Shown: positions 10,137 to 19,553 of the stretch, piece after piece
Position numbering within the stretch: the first letter of the stretch is position 1
Layout of the letters: every line of letters begins with the position of its first letter
Source: a virus
Taxonomy: Duplodnaviria > Caudoviricetes
Reading direction: 5' to 3' (one strand)
Length of the DNA stretch: 55,971 nucleotides
Virus record (IMG/VR): IMGVR_UViG_3300035676_000007
Coordinates: 1 to 55,971 of that record
Notes under the pieces: generated by a model
What the model was told of the DNA's origin: nothing
The model's database searches: none
Seen by the model: only the letters and a program-made list of their open reading frames with translations
Program-made: the position numbers and the translations under genes

Positions 10137-10934
10137 GTGGTAATTGCTCCACCCCAGGTAGTCCCGGCCCCGGAACCTCTTGGTCTCCGGTATGGGCTCC
10201 TACGAACGGCGGGACCAATTGACCTGCCAACCCATGGGTTGGCAGGGGGGATCGTATACGAACCGGTGTCGTGCGGATTCGCGCGATCCTACGCGACCAT
10301 GTGTCACACCGACGAGCGTCTGGGGAACAAGACGTTCGACCCGAACGAGACACCGATCACGCGCGAGCCGTTCGTGATCTACTCCTCGCTCGCCTGCGGG
10401 AGCGCTGGGAAGACGTCGGCGGATTTGGAGACGAAGGTTCGTCGTCGGCTGGCCAACGGTGAGCAGTCCGTGGCCGAGGCCGGGATGGCGACGATCCTCG
10501 CCACCGGAGCGACCCCGTTGGTTGCCCCGGGGGTGACGTTGACGGACGTGGTCGGCGAGTTGGAGCAGTGGCTTTACGGGACTGACACGACGGCTCCGGC
10601 CGATGCGCAGTACGGGAACGTCGGGTACCTCCACGCGTCACCCCGGATCGCGGCCCACGCGATGGATGCTGATCTGATCGTTCCGGATGGGCCGCTGTTG
10701 CGTACCCGTATGGGGACAATTTGGGTATTCGGTGGCGGATATCCAGATGATGGGACAATTTACATTTCTGGGAACGTCACCGTGTGGCGAGCCCCGGACG
10801 TGTTCGTGTCCCCTCCGCAGCAAATCCTCAACCTGGCCACGAACCAATACCACCTGATCGCCGAACGCGAATATGCCGTGTCCTACGACTGCGTTGCCGC
10901 GTCCGCCATCTACAACTGGGGCATTCCGACATGA
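10137..10934 (+). CDS. Minor capsid/decoration-type virion protein
   Basis: Follows capsid; GGAGG RBS; RTRMGT..VFGGGY and AEREY motifs. Confidence 0.55.
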   Translation: MVIAPPQVVPAPEPLGLRYGLLRTAGPIDLPTHGLAGGIVYEPVSCGFARSYATMCHTDERLGNKTFDPNETPITREPFVIYSSLACGSAGKTSADLETKVRRRLANGEQSVAEAGMATILATGATPLVAPGVTLTDVVGELEQWLYGTDTTAPADAQYGNVGYLHASPRIAAHAMDADLIVPDGPLLRTRMGTIWVFGGGYPDDGTIYISGNVTVWRAPDVFVSPPQQILNLATNQYHLIAEREYAVSYDCVAASAIYNWGIPT

Positions 10935-11275
10935 TAGTGATCAAGGATGTTCCCGGCCTGACTCCACGCGAAGTCCTCGATGCCCTCCTTGACCTCACCG
11001 ATCCGACCGATCCCCCGATCGTCACCGGACACGGCGGGTTCGTCGTCGCCGAGAACCTCGCGGAGCGATTCCTCTCGGCCTATCTCATCGCGACCGGCAG
11101 ACGAACCGCCACCGTGGAAACGTCCGGGACCACTGAACCAACCACGTCCGGGACCACCGAACCAACCACGTCCGGGACCACCGAACCAACCACGTCCGGG
11201 ACCACCGAACCAACCACGTACGGGCCGGCCCGGACCACAACCCGCCGTGCGGGTAGAAGAAAGGAGGCCAAGTAG
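10931..11275 (+). CDS. Hypothetical protein with (TSGTTEPT)x4 repeat
   Basis: ATGA overlap; basic C-terminus. Confidence 0.65.
   Translation: MIVIKDVPGLTPREVLDALLDLTDPTDPPIVTGHGGFVVAENLAERFLSAYLIATGRRTATVETSGTTEPTTSGTTEPTTSGTTEPTTSGTTEPTTYGPARTTTRRAGRRKEAK
11120..11219 (+). repeat. 24-bp tandem repeat, about 4 copies, in frame
   Basis: ACGTCCGGGACCACCGAACCAACC units. Confidence 0.95.
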
Positions 11276-11973
11276 TGGCTACCTGCGTGAGCTACCTGCA
11301 AGGACTCGTCATCCGGGCTACAAAGCTGGATACCTGTGGAGCCCCGGTAGCCGGAACGTGCTCCACCGTGACCTCAAAGGGATTCATCTCCATGGAGATC
11401 GAAGCTGATGAGGACAGCGGAACCGCGATCTCCCCAACCCTCGCCGACGGGTCGCGGTGTTACTACCAACTGTCACCAAAGTTGCTCAACGGAATCAAAG
11501 TCAACATCGAGTTCTGCCAGGTCGACCCCGAATTGATAAACCTGCTGACCGGTTCGCCATTGGTCGTCGACGACGCGACCCCAACCCCCGCGTCGATCGG
11601 GTTCACCACCGATTCGGCTTCCTATGGCCTCGCCAACGTCGCCCTGGAGCTGTGGATGAACCTCGCCGGTGGTGGATGCGCGTCCGCGTCCGGCCGAAGG
11701 TGGGGCTACTACCTCCTGCCTTGGCTCCACCAGGGAACGGTCGGAAAGCCGACCGTGGAAAACGACGCGGTGAACTTCATGGTGAATGAGGCGATCACGC
11801 GGGACGGCAACCAGTGGGGAGTCGGCCCGTACAACATTCAGAACACCCGGCTGGGCGTCCCATCGCCACAGTTCACAGCGTTGTCTTCCACGGCACACGA
11901 CCTGCTCATGCCGGTCAACCTCGCACCACCGAGCGCGGTGTGTGGGTGCCAGACCCTGGTAATCCCCACCTGA
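11275..11973 (+). CDS. Major tail (tube) protein
   Basis: IRATKLDTCG, FCQVDP, ALELW, WGYYLLPW, WGVGPY; AAGGAGG RBS. Confidence 0.75.
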   Translation: MATCVSYLQGLVIRATKLDTCGAPVAGTCSTVTSKGFISMEIEADEDSGTAISPTLADGSRCYYQLSPKLLNGIKVNIEFCQVDPELINLLTGSPLVVDDATPTPASIGFTTDSASYGLANVALELWMNLAGGGCASASGRRWGYYLLPWLHQGTVGKPTVENDAVNFMVNEAITRDGNQWGVGPYNIQNTRLGVPSPQFTALSSTAHDLLMPVNLAPPSAVCGCQTLVIPT

Positions 11974-11979
11974 CCGGAT

Positions 11980-12013
11980 CCCGGGCCGGCCTCTACCATC
12001 GGGGCCGGCCCGG
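11980..12013 (+). terminator. GC hairpin after the major tail gene
   Basis: CCGGGCCGGCC..GGCCGGCCCGG. Confidence 0.5.
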
Positions 12014-12027
12014 TGAGCGGAGGAACC

Positions 12028-14691
12028 ATGGCGCTCCCCATCGACGTCAACACGGTCATAGTCACTGGTACCTACCTCACCGACGACGGCCTACCCGCCG
12101 AAGGATCATTGATCTTCACACCATCGGTGGCGACGCTGCGAGATCCCGCGTACGACACCATCGTGAAGCTTCGCCAGCAGCGGATAGAGCTCGACGTCAC
12201 CGGATCGTTCTCCGTGTCGCTGATCGCCACGGACGACCCCGACCTGATTCCGGTTGGCTGGCACTACGACGTCACCGAGCGAATTGAGGATCATCCACAG
12301 CGGGTGTGGGTAATGCAGCTTCCTCATACCCTCGTCACGGTCGACATCGCCGACCTGCCTTCGGTCGTCGACCCTTCCGGGCCGGTGTACCCAGCCCCTG
12401 TATGTGCCGTTACCTCGGTCGTCGGAGAGACCGGAGACGTCACGGGGGCCGAGATCCTCGCCGACGCGACCATCACGGCCGCGTTAGCGGCAAAGGCGAA
12501 CACGTCCGCGCTAGCCGCGCTCGTCCCATACACCGGGGCCGCCGGAGACGTGAACCTCGGCGCGAACTCGATCCGGGGCGAGAACGTCAACGTGAACGAG
12601 GGGACGTTGACCGATCCAAGCATCACGGACATCGGCGGTCTGCAGGTGTCGGTCGCCACCGTCGACTGCCTCATTCGGTCCGATGCGGTCTACGGGACCG
12701 ACGGTTGGTTGTACCGGGCGACTGTTCCGGCCGCGACCCTCACCGTCACCGACAATGCGGTGAATCACATCTACGTCGCGTGGAATGCCGGATCTCCGAT
12801 GTACGTCGCGACGACCGACCGGAGCGCGCTGAACCTGTCGGACGCGTTACCGGTTGCTAGGGTGCTGGTTCAGGCCGGGGTGGTGGTCGCCCAGTTGCCG
12901 TTCGGGTTCATGGGTCGCTCAGCTGCGATCCGGTGGCTGCTGAGAGAGGTTCGGATCACGGATCCGGTTGGTGGGGTTCGGGAGTCAGGGTTGACGCTGT
13001 CGGAGACTGCGACGCGGGTTGTGAACGTCGCGTCTGGTACGGCGTGGTTCGTACTGAATTATCTCGTGCTGCCTGGGATCGCGCAGGGCGGGGTTGGTGT
13101 CGTGTCGTACCTGTTGCACCACACGGCCGGAGTGTGGACAAAGACTACGATCACGCAATACAACAACACACAGTACGACAATGGTATTAATTTGCTCACG
13201 TTGACCAACAACCGGTACGCCGTGAACTGGGTATACCGAAGTTTCGCCGGACCCGAGATCCTCATCGTGCTGGGTACCGGCGACTACTCGGCCCCCAATG
13301 CCATCGATTCCCAAATCCCAACAACCCCATCATATGTGAGAGAATTCTACTATTTGTGTGGACGTATCATCGTCCAGAAAAACGCCAGCACCGCATATAC
13401 CATTGAAAATGCCACTACGACCCAATTCGCCACTGTGGCAGCCGTAGACCATAACGACCTCGACGGACTGCAGGGCGGAACGTTCGGCGAGTACTACCAT
13501 CTCACCTCTGCCGAACACGCGACCCTGGTAGGCGGATACGTCCCGTACACCGGAGCGACCGGAGACCTCGACCTCGCCACGCACTCGCTGTATGCGGACA
13601 ACGTGCCATTCACCGAGGGTGTGGTCACCGATCCGGTGATCACCGATGCTACCGGGGTCGCTGTGGCGATCACCTCCTGTGAGGTACTCATCCGGTCGGA
13701 TCCTGCGTGGGGTGGTGACGAGCGGCTGTATCGGATGACCGTACCGGCGGTGGCCAATCTTGCCCTGACCGACAATACGGTTAACTATATCGATGTGATC
13801 TGGAATGGTGGATCACCCATTTACGCGGCCACCACCGACAGATTCACCATCAACTTCTCCAATCGTATTCCAGTCGCACGGGTCGGCATGGAGTCCGGAA
13901 GCATCGAATACCAACTGATGTACGGATACCTAGCAAAGGGATCCACGTCACGGAATAGTGACCGGGTGTTGAAGACCCGGGGCCGTGGTGGTATCGAACG
14001 CGAATCTGGACTGGGAATCAGCGAGTCCGCGACACGGGTCGTGAGTATCGGATCAGGTGCCGTGTGGTTCGGACTTCAAAGATTCTCTTTGAGTGCTGTG
14101 ACGTCCGGAGTCGGAGGAACTGGTTTTCATCTGTGGTATCACTCGTCCGGTGTGTGGACGAATACGACGATCACCCAGTACAACAACACCCAGTACGACA
14201 ACGGTACCAATCTAGCGACTCTCACCCCCAACAGATACGGCGTTAACTGGGTATACCGGAATCTCGTCACGAACGAAATCGACATCATCCTGGGAACCGG
14301 GGACTACACCCTAGCTCAAGCTGAAGCGTCAACTCTCCCGTCCATTCCGGAAATGGTTGCCGCATTTTACGTTCTGTGTGGGCGGATCATCGTCCAGAAA
14401 AACGCGAGTACGGCGACGACCATCGAAAACGTCTCAACGACCACATTCAATACATCCGCCGTATCGATCCACAACGACCTGTCCGGAATACAAGGTGGAA
14501 CCACCGGCGAGTACTACCATCTGACCAGCGCGCAACACACCGCGCTCGGAGTGGCGACCTCGATCACTCCCGGCACCCCCGCAAGCGGTGGAGCGACCGG
14601 AACAGCCGGTCAGATCCTCTACGACAGCGGATACCTCTACGTGTGCACCGCCACGAACACATGGAAACGGGTCACCCTCAACGCATTCTGA
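12028..14691 (+). CDS. Large fibre-like virion protein with a duplicated ~340-aa module
   Basis: GGAGG RBS; two VPYTGA...TQYNNTQYDNG...HNDL.G.QGGT.GEYYHLT modules; C-terminal YLYVCTATNTWKR. Confidence 0.7.
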   Translation: MALPIDVNTVIVTGTYLTDDGLPAEGSLIFTPSVATLRDPAYDTIVKLRQQRIELDVTGSFSVSLIATDDPDLIPVGWHYDVTERIEDHPQRVWVMQLPHTLVTVDIADLPSVVDPSGPVYPAPVCAVTSVVGETGDVTGAEILADATITAALAAKANTSALAALVPYTGAAGDVNLGANSIRGENVNVNEGTLTDPSITDIGGLQVSVATVDCLIRSDAVYGTDGWLYRATVPAATLTVTDNAVNHIYVAWNAGSPMYVATTDRSALNLSDALPVARVLVQAGVVVAQLPFGFMGRSAAIRWLLREVRITDPVGGVRESGLTLSETATRVVNVASGTAWFVLNYLVLPGIAQGGVGVVSYLLHHTAGVWTKTTITQYNNTQYDNGINLLTLTNNRYAVNWVYRSFAGPEILIVLGTGDYSAPNAIDSQIPTTPSYVREFYYLCGRIIVQKNASTAYTIENATTTQFATVAAVDHNDLDGLQGGTFGEYYHLTSAEHATLVGGYVPYTGATGDLDLATHSLYADNVPFTEGVVTDPVITDATGVAVAITSCEVLIRSDPAWGGDERLYRMTVPAVANLALTDNTVNYIDVIWNGGSPIYAATTDRFTINFSNRIPVARVGMESGSIEYQLMYGYLAKGSTSRNSDRVLKTRGRGGIERESGLGISESATRVVSIGSGAVWFGLQRFSLSAVTSGVGGTGFHLWYHSSGVWTNTTITQYNNTQYDNGTNLATLTPNRYGVNWVYRNLVTNEIDIILGTGDYTLAQAEASTLPSIPEMVAAFYVLCGRIIVQKNASTATTIENVSTTTFNTSAVSIHNDLSGIQGGTTGEYYHLTSAQHTALGVATSITPGTPASGGATGTAGQILYDSGYLYVCTATNTWKRVTLNAF

Positions 14692-14702
14692 AAGGCAACG
14701 CC

Positions 14703-14765
14703 ATGGGAGGACTTACCGGTACCGCGACCGTTCGCGCGCTGACGGGTATCGCCACAATCACCTAA
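14703..14765 (+). CDS. Possible 20-aa peptide (MGGLTGTATVRALTGIATIT)
   Basis: GAAAGG RBS; fills the gap between two genes. Confidence 0.35.
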   Translation: MGGLTGTATVRALTGIATIT

Positions 14766-14775
14766 GGAGCCACGC

Positions 14776-15126
14776 ATGGCGACGGTAGTACCCCTGACCA
14801 TGCACCAGGGCAACGATGAGGTCATCGACCTCGTCATCACACCGATAGTCTCGACGGACGACCTGACCCTCGTCACATCCCTCCAGTTCTATTTGAAACC
14901 GGACGCGTGCACCGACGACACCGACTCGGCCGTGACCGTGTTGACGTCAGCCGTTCCGGCACAGATCACAATCACGGCCCAGGTAGCAACACAGATCGAC
15001 GCCACGGTATACGTTCCGGCCGCGTCCCTCACCGACCCGTACGCGCGGGTATGGCGCGTCGACGCATACTCGGGAACTACCCACCGAACCGCGATGTATG
15101 GTCCCGTCACGGTCGTCGACCTGTAG
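14776..15126 (+). CDS. Small beta-rich virion protein (BppU N-terminal-like)
   Basis: AAGGAG RBS; Thr/Val-rich; tail region. Confidence 0.5.
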   Translation: MATVVPLTMHQGNDEVIDLVITPIVSTDDLTLVTSLQFYLKPDACTDDTDSAVTVLTSAVPAQITITAQVATQIDATVYVPAASLTDPYARVWRVDAYSGTTHRTAMYGPVTVVDL

Positions 15127-15137
15127 GAGGTGCCGAG

Positions 15138-15920
15138 ATGTCAAGTCCCTGTGGATGGGAAGTGACGACGTGCGGATGTGGACAGTGCTGGACCACCTAC
15201 ACCCCGGAGGTGAGGGAAACCGCGTCGACCCTCGCGATCGGCGTGATGTGGATGGCCACGGCACGCCGATACGGCCTATGTGACGTGGTCGTCCAGCCGT
15301 GCCCGAAACCCGTCCTCCTCCGCGAATACCAGACGTATCCGGTGGACCACCCCGACTACGGGGGGGCGTACATCCACCAGGGGCAGTGGTACAACGGCTG
15401 CACCGGCACGGACGAGAACGCCGGCTGTTGCTCCGGATGCGAACTCGATCTGGAGGGGCCGACCACGACGGCCGGGATCACGGAGGTCACGATCGACGGG
15501 GTGATTCTGCCCCCCGCGTCGTACGATGTCATGAACGGCCACATCCTCGTCCGGACCGACGGGGTGTGCTGGCCGACGTGCGTCAACTACTCGCAGCAGA
15601 ACCCCCCAAAGTTGCAGGTCGAGTACAAGAAGGGGATCGCGATCCCCCCGCACGTGCAGAAGGCCACGGAACGTCTCGCCTGCGAGTGGGCCAAGGCGTG
15701 CGCTGGTAACGCCGCGTGCGCGCTTCCCCGGCGACTCCGGTCGTTGACCCGACAAGGCGTTGAGGCCGTCGTCGAGGAGCTGTCGACCGACGACGCGGGA
15801 CGTATCCGCACCGGAATACCCGAGGTCGACATGGTCATAGCTCTGGAAAACCCACACGGCCGGACGATGCGCTCGATCGTGTGGTCACCGGACGAACGAC
15901 CCCCACGGGTGCTGTCGTGA
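15138..15920 (+). CDS. Head-to-tail adaptor
   Basis: Cys-rich; LACEWAKAC..CALP..LTRQGV..TGIPEVD; AGGAGG RBS. Confidence 0.7.
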   Translation: MSSPCGWEVTTCGCGQCWTTYTPEVRETASTLAIGVMWMATARRYGLCDVVVQPCPKPVLLREYQTYPVDHPDYGGAYIHQGQWYNGCTGTDENAGCCSGCELDLEGPTTTAGITEVTIDGVILPPASYDVMNGHILVRTDGVCWPTCVNYSQQNPPKLQVEYKKGIAIPPHVQKATERLACEWAKACAGNAACALPRRLRSLTRQGVEAVVEELSTDDAGRIRTGIPEVDMVIALENPHGRTMRSIVWSPDERPPRVLS

Positions 15921-16132
15921 CCGAACCGATCGCCACGATCCGGCGCCTGAACCGTTGGAGCTGGGCAGTGATCATCCGGGACGGCATGAGCGCGTACGGT
16001 CCGGACGGATACCCCTGGATAGTCTACGGCCCCAAGCGTCGCGCGGAACGTCGAGCACGGCGTGAACTCCACCGCTACATCACCATCCGGACACCCGAGG
16101 AGACGATCACCATTGACTACCCCAATCGCTGA
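15917..16132 (+). CDS. Hypothetical protein
   Basis: GTGA overlap with adaptor stop. Confidence 0.5.
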   Translation: MTEPIATIRRLNRWSWAVIIRDGMSAYGPDGYPWIVYGPKRRAERRARRELHRYITIRTPEETITIDYPNR

Positions 16133-16670
16133 TCAACTCATCGCCCCGATCGCGGCTGACCTCATAATCTGTTTGACCGCCGAGGCGGCAAAGGTTCCAA
16201 ATCCGCCATCGGCTGTCAGACAGGTGTGTCTCCGTCCGGGTGACCGGGTAGACCTGCTCATCTCCCAGAGCGAAGACGAGTGCTGTGCCGGGCTGATGTG
16301 GGTGCGGTACGTGCGGGACTACCCATCCGGACAGCAGCCGTTCCCGGCCCCCGACGACAGAGCGACTCCGTGCGGGGTCACCCGGTGGGCGGTGCAGTTT
16401 GAGTTGGGGGCGGTCCGGTGCGCCCCAACGGCCGACCCCGAGGCGTTGCCGACGTGCGATGAGTGGACGGACACGACCCTCGGGGTATACGACGACGGGG
16501 CCGCGATCCGCCGCGCGATCTGCTGCTACGCGAACAGCCACGAATACGATGCGACGGTACTCCAAGAGGAGGGCCGGCCGTTGACGACCGAGGGTGGGTG
16601 CGTTGGTATCGCCTATCTGGTGACGATCAGCGGCCCGGCCTGCGACTGCCAGGAGGCGGGAACGACATGA
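16113..16670 (+). CDS. Tail terminator-like protein
   Basis: DECC.GLMWVR, ELGAVRCAP, EGGCVG; GAGGAG RBS before TTG; synteny. Confidence 0.55.
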   Translation: MTTPIADQLIAPIAADLIICLTAEAAKVPNPPSAVRQVCLRPGDRVDLLISQSEDECCAGLMWVRYVRDYPSGQQPFPAPDDRATPCGVTRWAVQFELGAVRCAPTADPEALPTCDEWTDTTLGVYDDGAAIRRAICCYANSHEYDATVLQEEGRPLTTEGGCVGIAYLVTISGPACDCQEAGTT

Positions 16671-17095
16671 CCCAAAAGCCACGTAGGCAGAAGGCGCCAG
16701 TCGAGACTACGGTGGAGATCGCCGATGCCATCGGCCGTGCCCCGGATCCGACCTCGACCCCGGCCCCGGCCCCGGCCCCGGCCCCGGCGACCTTACCGGA
16801 ACCGCCGGACCGGTTGTCGATCCTCAACGACTACACCGGCCCGGACGGGTTGCTTCCGGTATTCGTCGCCGTGTCTCACGACGCGCTGTTCGCCGGTCAA
16901 CACGTCCGGGTCCCGGTCACGGATCGGGTTGCCGGGCTCATCGAGCGGGGATTCCTCGAAGTCGACCCCGTAGAAGATATGCCAACACGGATCGCGTCGG
17001 CGTTGACCATCGGCTACCTCGCACCAGCGCTTGAGGCCCCGGGTAAGGACCCAAACGACTATACGTACACATTCATACCTGATGATCCACGATGA
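16667..17095 (+). CDS. Hypothetical protein with Pro-Ala repeat
   Basis: AGGAGG RBS; ATGA overlaps. Confidence 0.55.
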   Translation: MTQKPRRQKAPVETTVEIADAIGRAPDPTSTPAPAPAPAPATLPEPPDRLSILNDYTGPDGLLPVFVAVSHDALFAGQHVRVPVTDRVAGLIERGFLEVDPVEDMPTRIASALTIGYLAPALEAPGKDPNDYTYTFIPDDPR

Positions 17096-17538
17096 GCGGA
17101 TTTATTCGGATCTACGTGAAGCGAGTGCGTGGAACCGTGGACCGGGAAGGCGCGAACGCCACGGCGGCCCGGGTTGGTCTGGTCGAGGTCACGAATACGT
17201 GTCGAAAGATCATGAATCAGGCAACGATCGACTGCCCAGTCGATACCGGGTTCCTCCGGGGCTATCACTTCATGACCGTCACGACGCTAAAGACGCGGGT
17301 GAAGGGCACGGTAGGGAACCGAGCGAAGTACGCGAGCGCCGTTCACGACGGGTCCCCGCCGCACATCATCCGGGCACGAAGGAAGCGGGCCCTCCGGTTC
17401 GAGGTGGATGGGAAGGTGGTGTTCGCCAGGTCGGTACGTCACCCCGGAACCCGGGGCCGCCCGTGGCTTCTGGAAGCAGCCGAGCGAACCGCCATCAGCG
17501 CGGGATTTCGATTCCAGCGAACGGTAGTCTCCGACTAG
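17092..17538 (+). CDS. HK97 gp10-like tail completion protein
   Basis: CPVDTGFLR, YASAVHDGSPPHII, VRHPGT..RPWL. Confidence 0.8.
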   Translation: MSGFIRIYVKRVRGTVDREGANATAARVGLVEVTNTCRKIMNQATIDCPVDTGFLRGYHFMTVTTLKTRVKGTVGNRAKYASAVHDGSPPHIIRARRKRALRFEVDGKVVFARSVRHPGTRGRPWLLEAAERTAISAGFRFQRTVVSD

Positions 17539-17556
17539 ATCATCAAGGAGGGTCGT

Positions 17557-18471
17557 ATGGGCACTGCCCGCTCTACGAGCACGACATCGTCAACCCCCCG
17601 GAAACGAGTGCCAAGGAAGGCAACGCAGGGTCAAAAGGCGAAGGCACCGGCGGACCGGCCGGTAGTCGTCGACGAGCCCGAGACTCCGGCACCGGTCGAC
17701 GAACCGCCGGTGGTGGCACCGGTCGACCCGGGGGCGGTCCGGATCGCGAACCTGCGGAGAATGCTCGCGGCCGAGGGGCTCGACCCCAACGAGATCCTCA
17801 CCGGCCGGCCCTCAGCCGAACCCGTGGCCGAGACGACCCCGGTTGTTGGTGAGGACGTCGACCAGGCCCCCAGTATGGGACGCGACTTCGAGCCGATTCC
17901 CGGTGTCGACATGGACGCGGTCCGGGACATCGTCGTCGACGCTCGCCGGAATCCGAAAACGGCGAACACCATCATTGATGGACTTCGTGCCCTGATCGTC
18001 GATAACGGCCACGATCCGGACGTGATCCTTTCCTCTGCGCTGGGGGAGGAAACCGTCGCGGTTGGCACCAATCCGAACGGATTGATCAACGCCATCGTCG
18101 ACTTCCGGGGCCGGAAGATCGAGGTCATGGCACCGGAGATCGAACAGGTCATGGTGATCCGGCGTATGCAGTCGTTGTTCGCGAACGCCGCGAAGATGAA
18201 AGAGATCACGGCGGACGAGGCGGTTCGGTTGATGGACCGAGCGTTGAAAGCCGTGTGCTCCGTGGTCGTCAACCCGGACGACGTCGAGTACCTCGAGGAC
18301 CTTCTGCTTACCCGACAGGCGAAGATCGAGGACACGTTGCCGCTGCTCCGCGAATCGTTGCAGGCCCTCGAACGGGCGAACGTCGACAACGGAAACCGGG
18401 CGGACCGGCGGAAGGCCACGAAGTCGGCGGGACGCAGCGGACGCGCCGCGCTGGCCACGGCCAGCGAGTAG
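17557..18471 (+). CDS. Tail assembly chaperone-like protein
   Basis: AAGGAGG RBS; C-terminal NRADRR; position before tape measure. Confidence 0.55.
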   Translation: MGTARSTSTTSSTPRKRVPRKATQGQKAKAPADRPVVVDEPETPAPVDEPPVVAPVDPGAVRIANLRRMLAAEGLDPNEILTGRPSAEPVAETTPVVGEDVDQAPSMGRDFEPIPGVDMDAVRDIVVDARRNPKTANTIIDGLRALIVDNGHDPDVILSSALGEETVAVGTNPNGLINAIVDFRGRKIEVMAPEIEQVMVIRRMQSLFANAAKMKEITADEAVRLMDRALKAVCSVVVNPDDVEYLEDLLLTRQAKIEDTLPLLRESLQALERANVDNGNRADRRKATKSAGRSGRAALATASE

Positions 18472-18476
18472 CGGTC

Positions 18477-19016
18477 GTGAAGGGCAACGGCGTCGCCGCG
18501 CTGCGGGTGTGGCCAGTCGTCGTTGACCTTGGTGGGGTGACCTACCGGATCGCACCTCTTCCTGCGATCCGGTGGATCGTCCCCCTCGTCGACGACGACT
18601 GGTTCGCGATCGTCCCTGGCATGCTCGACCCCACGGATCGGTGCGTTGACGATGCCCTCGACGCGGGGGAGATCACGTATGAGGACTGTATTCGGGCGGC
18701 CCGGAACGCGGTTGATGCGGTCGCAGGTATCCCGTGGTGGTCGGCCATCCGCCTGGTTCGCTCGGTGTTGGACGCCCCCGACGTCATCGGGGAGCTGGTG
18801 TTGCGTGGAGTCGACGCGCAGACGGTGAGCCTTGGGGCGTTCGTGCAGGCCGCGTACCGGGTGTTCACACGAGACGCGGATAAGAGACAGCGCGCGAAGA
18901 TCGACCGGGACCTTGAATCCGTTCCTACCGGATTGACGGTGGCGGACCGATGGGATCCGGAGGCGGAAGCGTCCGGGTTCGAGGCGATGATGCTTCAGCG
19001 TGGCGGTACGGTGTGA
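18477..19016 (+). CDS. Second tail assembly chaperone-like protein
   Basis: Synteny; frame open from 18255. Confidence 0.5.
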   Translation: MKGNGVAALRVWPVVVDLGGVTYRIAPLPAIRWIVPLVDDDWFAIVPGMLDPTDRCVDDALDAGEITYEDCIRAARNAVDAVAGIPWWSAIRLVRSVLDAPDVIGELVLRGVDAQTVSLGAFVQAAYRVFTRDADKRQRAKIDRDLESVPTGLTVADRWDPEAEASGFEAMMLQRGGTV

Positions 19017-19498
19017 CCCTTCGGGTTCCTTCCGGTGACCTCAACGGCCCGTTTGAGCCACCGGTAGGCGGTTGGGTTCCGGGCGACGTGCCACATGTCG
19101 GCTACGGCCTGGGGGCCGCCCCCCGGCCGGCCGGTGTCAACGGCCCAGTCGTGTACGTCGAGGACCTCGTCCCAGTGCCGTCGGTCCCATGACCGGACCC
19201 CGACCGGTTTCGGGGTAACCCCGGCATGCCACAACGCGTCGTTGGGATGTGCCGTGGTCGCTACCGCCACGTGCCGTATCTGGACGAGGGGAAGTCTGGC
19301 GAGCCCAGCGGCGCTGATTCGTCCGGACGGGTGCCGTGCGACAACGGTAAGCTCGACGATCCGGGCCGGTTCGGTGGCGGTGTTGGTTCGGACCCGGACG
19401 AGGAGGGGAGAGTCCGGGTCGTCGATCGTGACCGTCCCGGTTCGATCGCGGCTGATCTGCGCGGCCCCGAGGTCGATCAACGGGGTTGTCATGACCAT
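18995..19498 (-). CDS. Putative DNA-binding protein (DUF6214-like, C-terminal HTH)
   Basis: ISAAGLARLPL..QAVADMWHV..TAYRWLKRA; TATCGT -10 box 6 nt before ATG. Confidence 0.55.
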   Translation of the reverse strand: MVMTTPLIDLGAAQISRDRTGTVTIDDPDSPLLVRVRTNTATEPARIVELTVVARHPSGRISAAGLARLPLVQIRHVAVATTAHPNDALWHAGVTPKPVGVRSWDRRHWDEVLDVHDWAVDTGRPGGGPQAVADMWHVARNPTAYRWLKRAVEVTGRNPKGHTVPPR

Positions 19499-19553
19499 GG
19501 AATGACGATACGCGTGTCTTTCCTGGCCGGCCTACGCGACGCATGATCCGATC

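Noticed and set aside
8200-10353. Long antisense or alternate-frame ORFs (also 20684-22159, 20963-22849, 36671-37996, 49031-50521)
   Set aside because: Shadow ORFs typical of high-GC coding DNA
12028-14691. Diversity-generating retroelement repeats
   Set aside because: No reverse transcriptase; duplication is ~1 kb, in frame, and differences are not adenine-specific
18380-18480. Programmed -1 frameshift between tail chaperones
   Set aside because: The -1 frame is open, but the best site (C GGA AAC near 18390) is not a canonical slippery heptamer; unsupported
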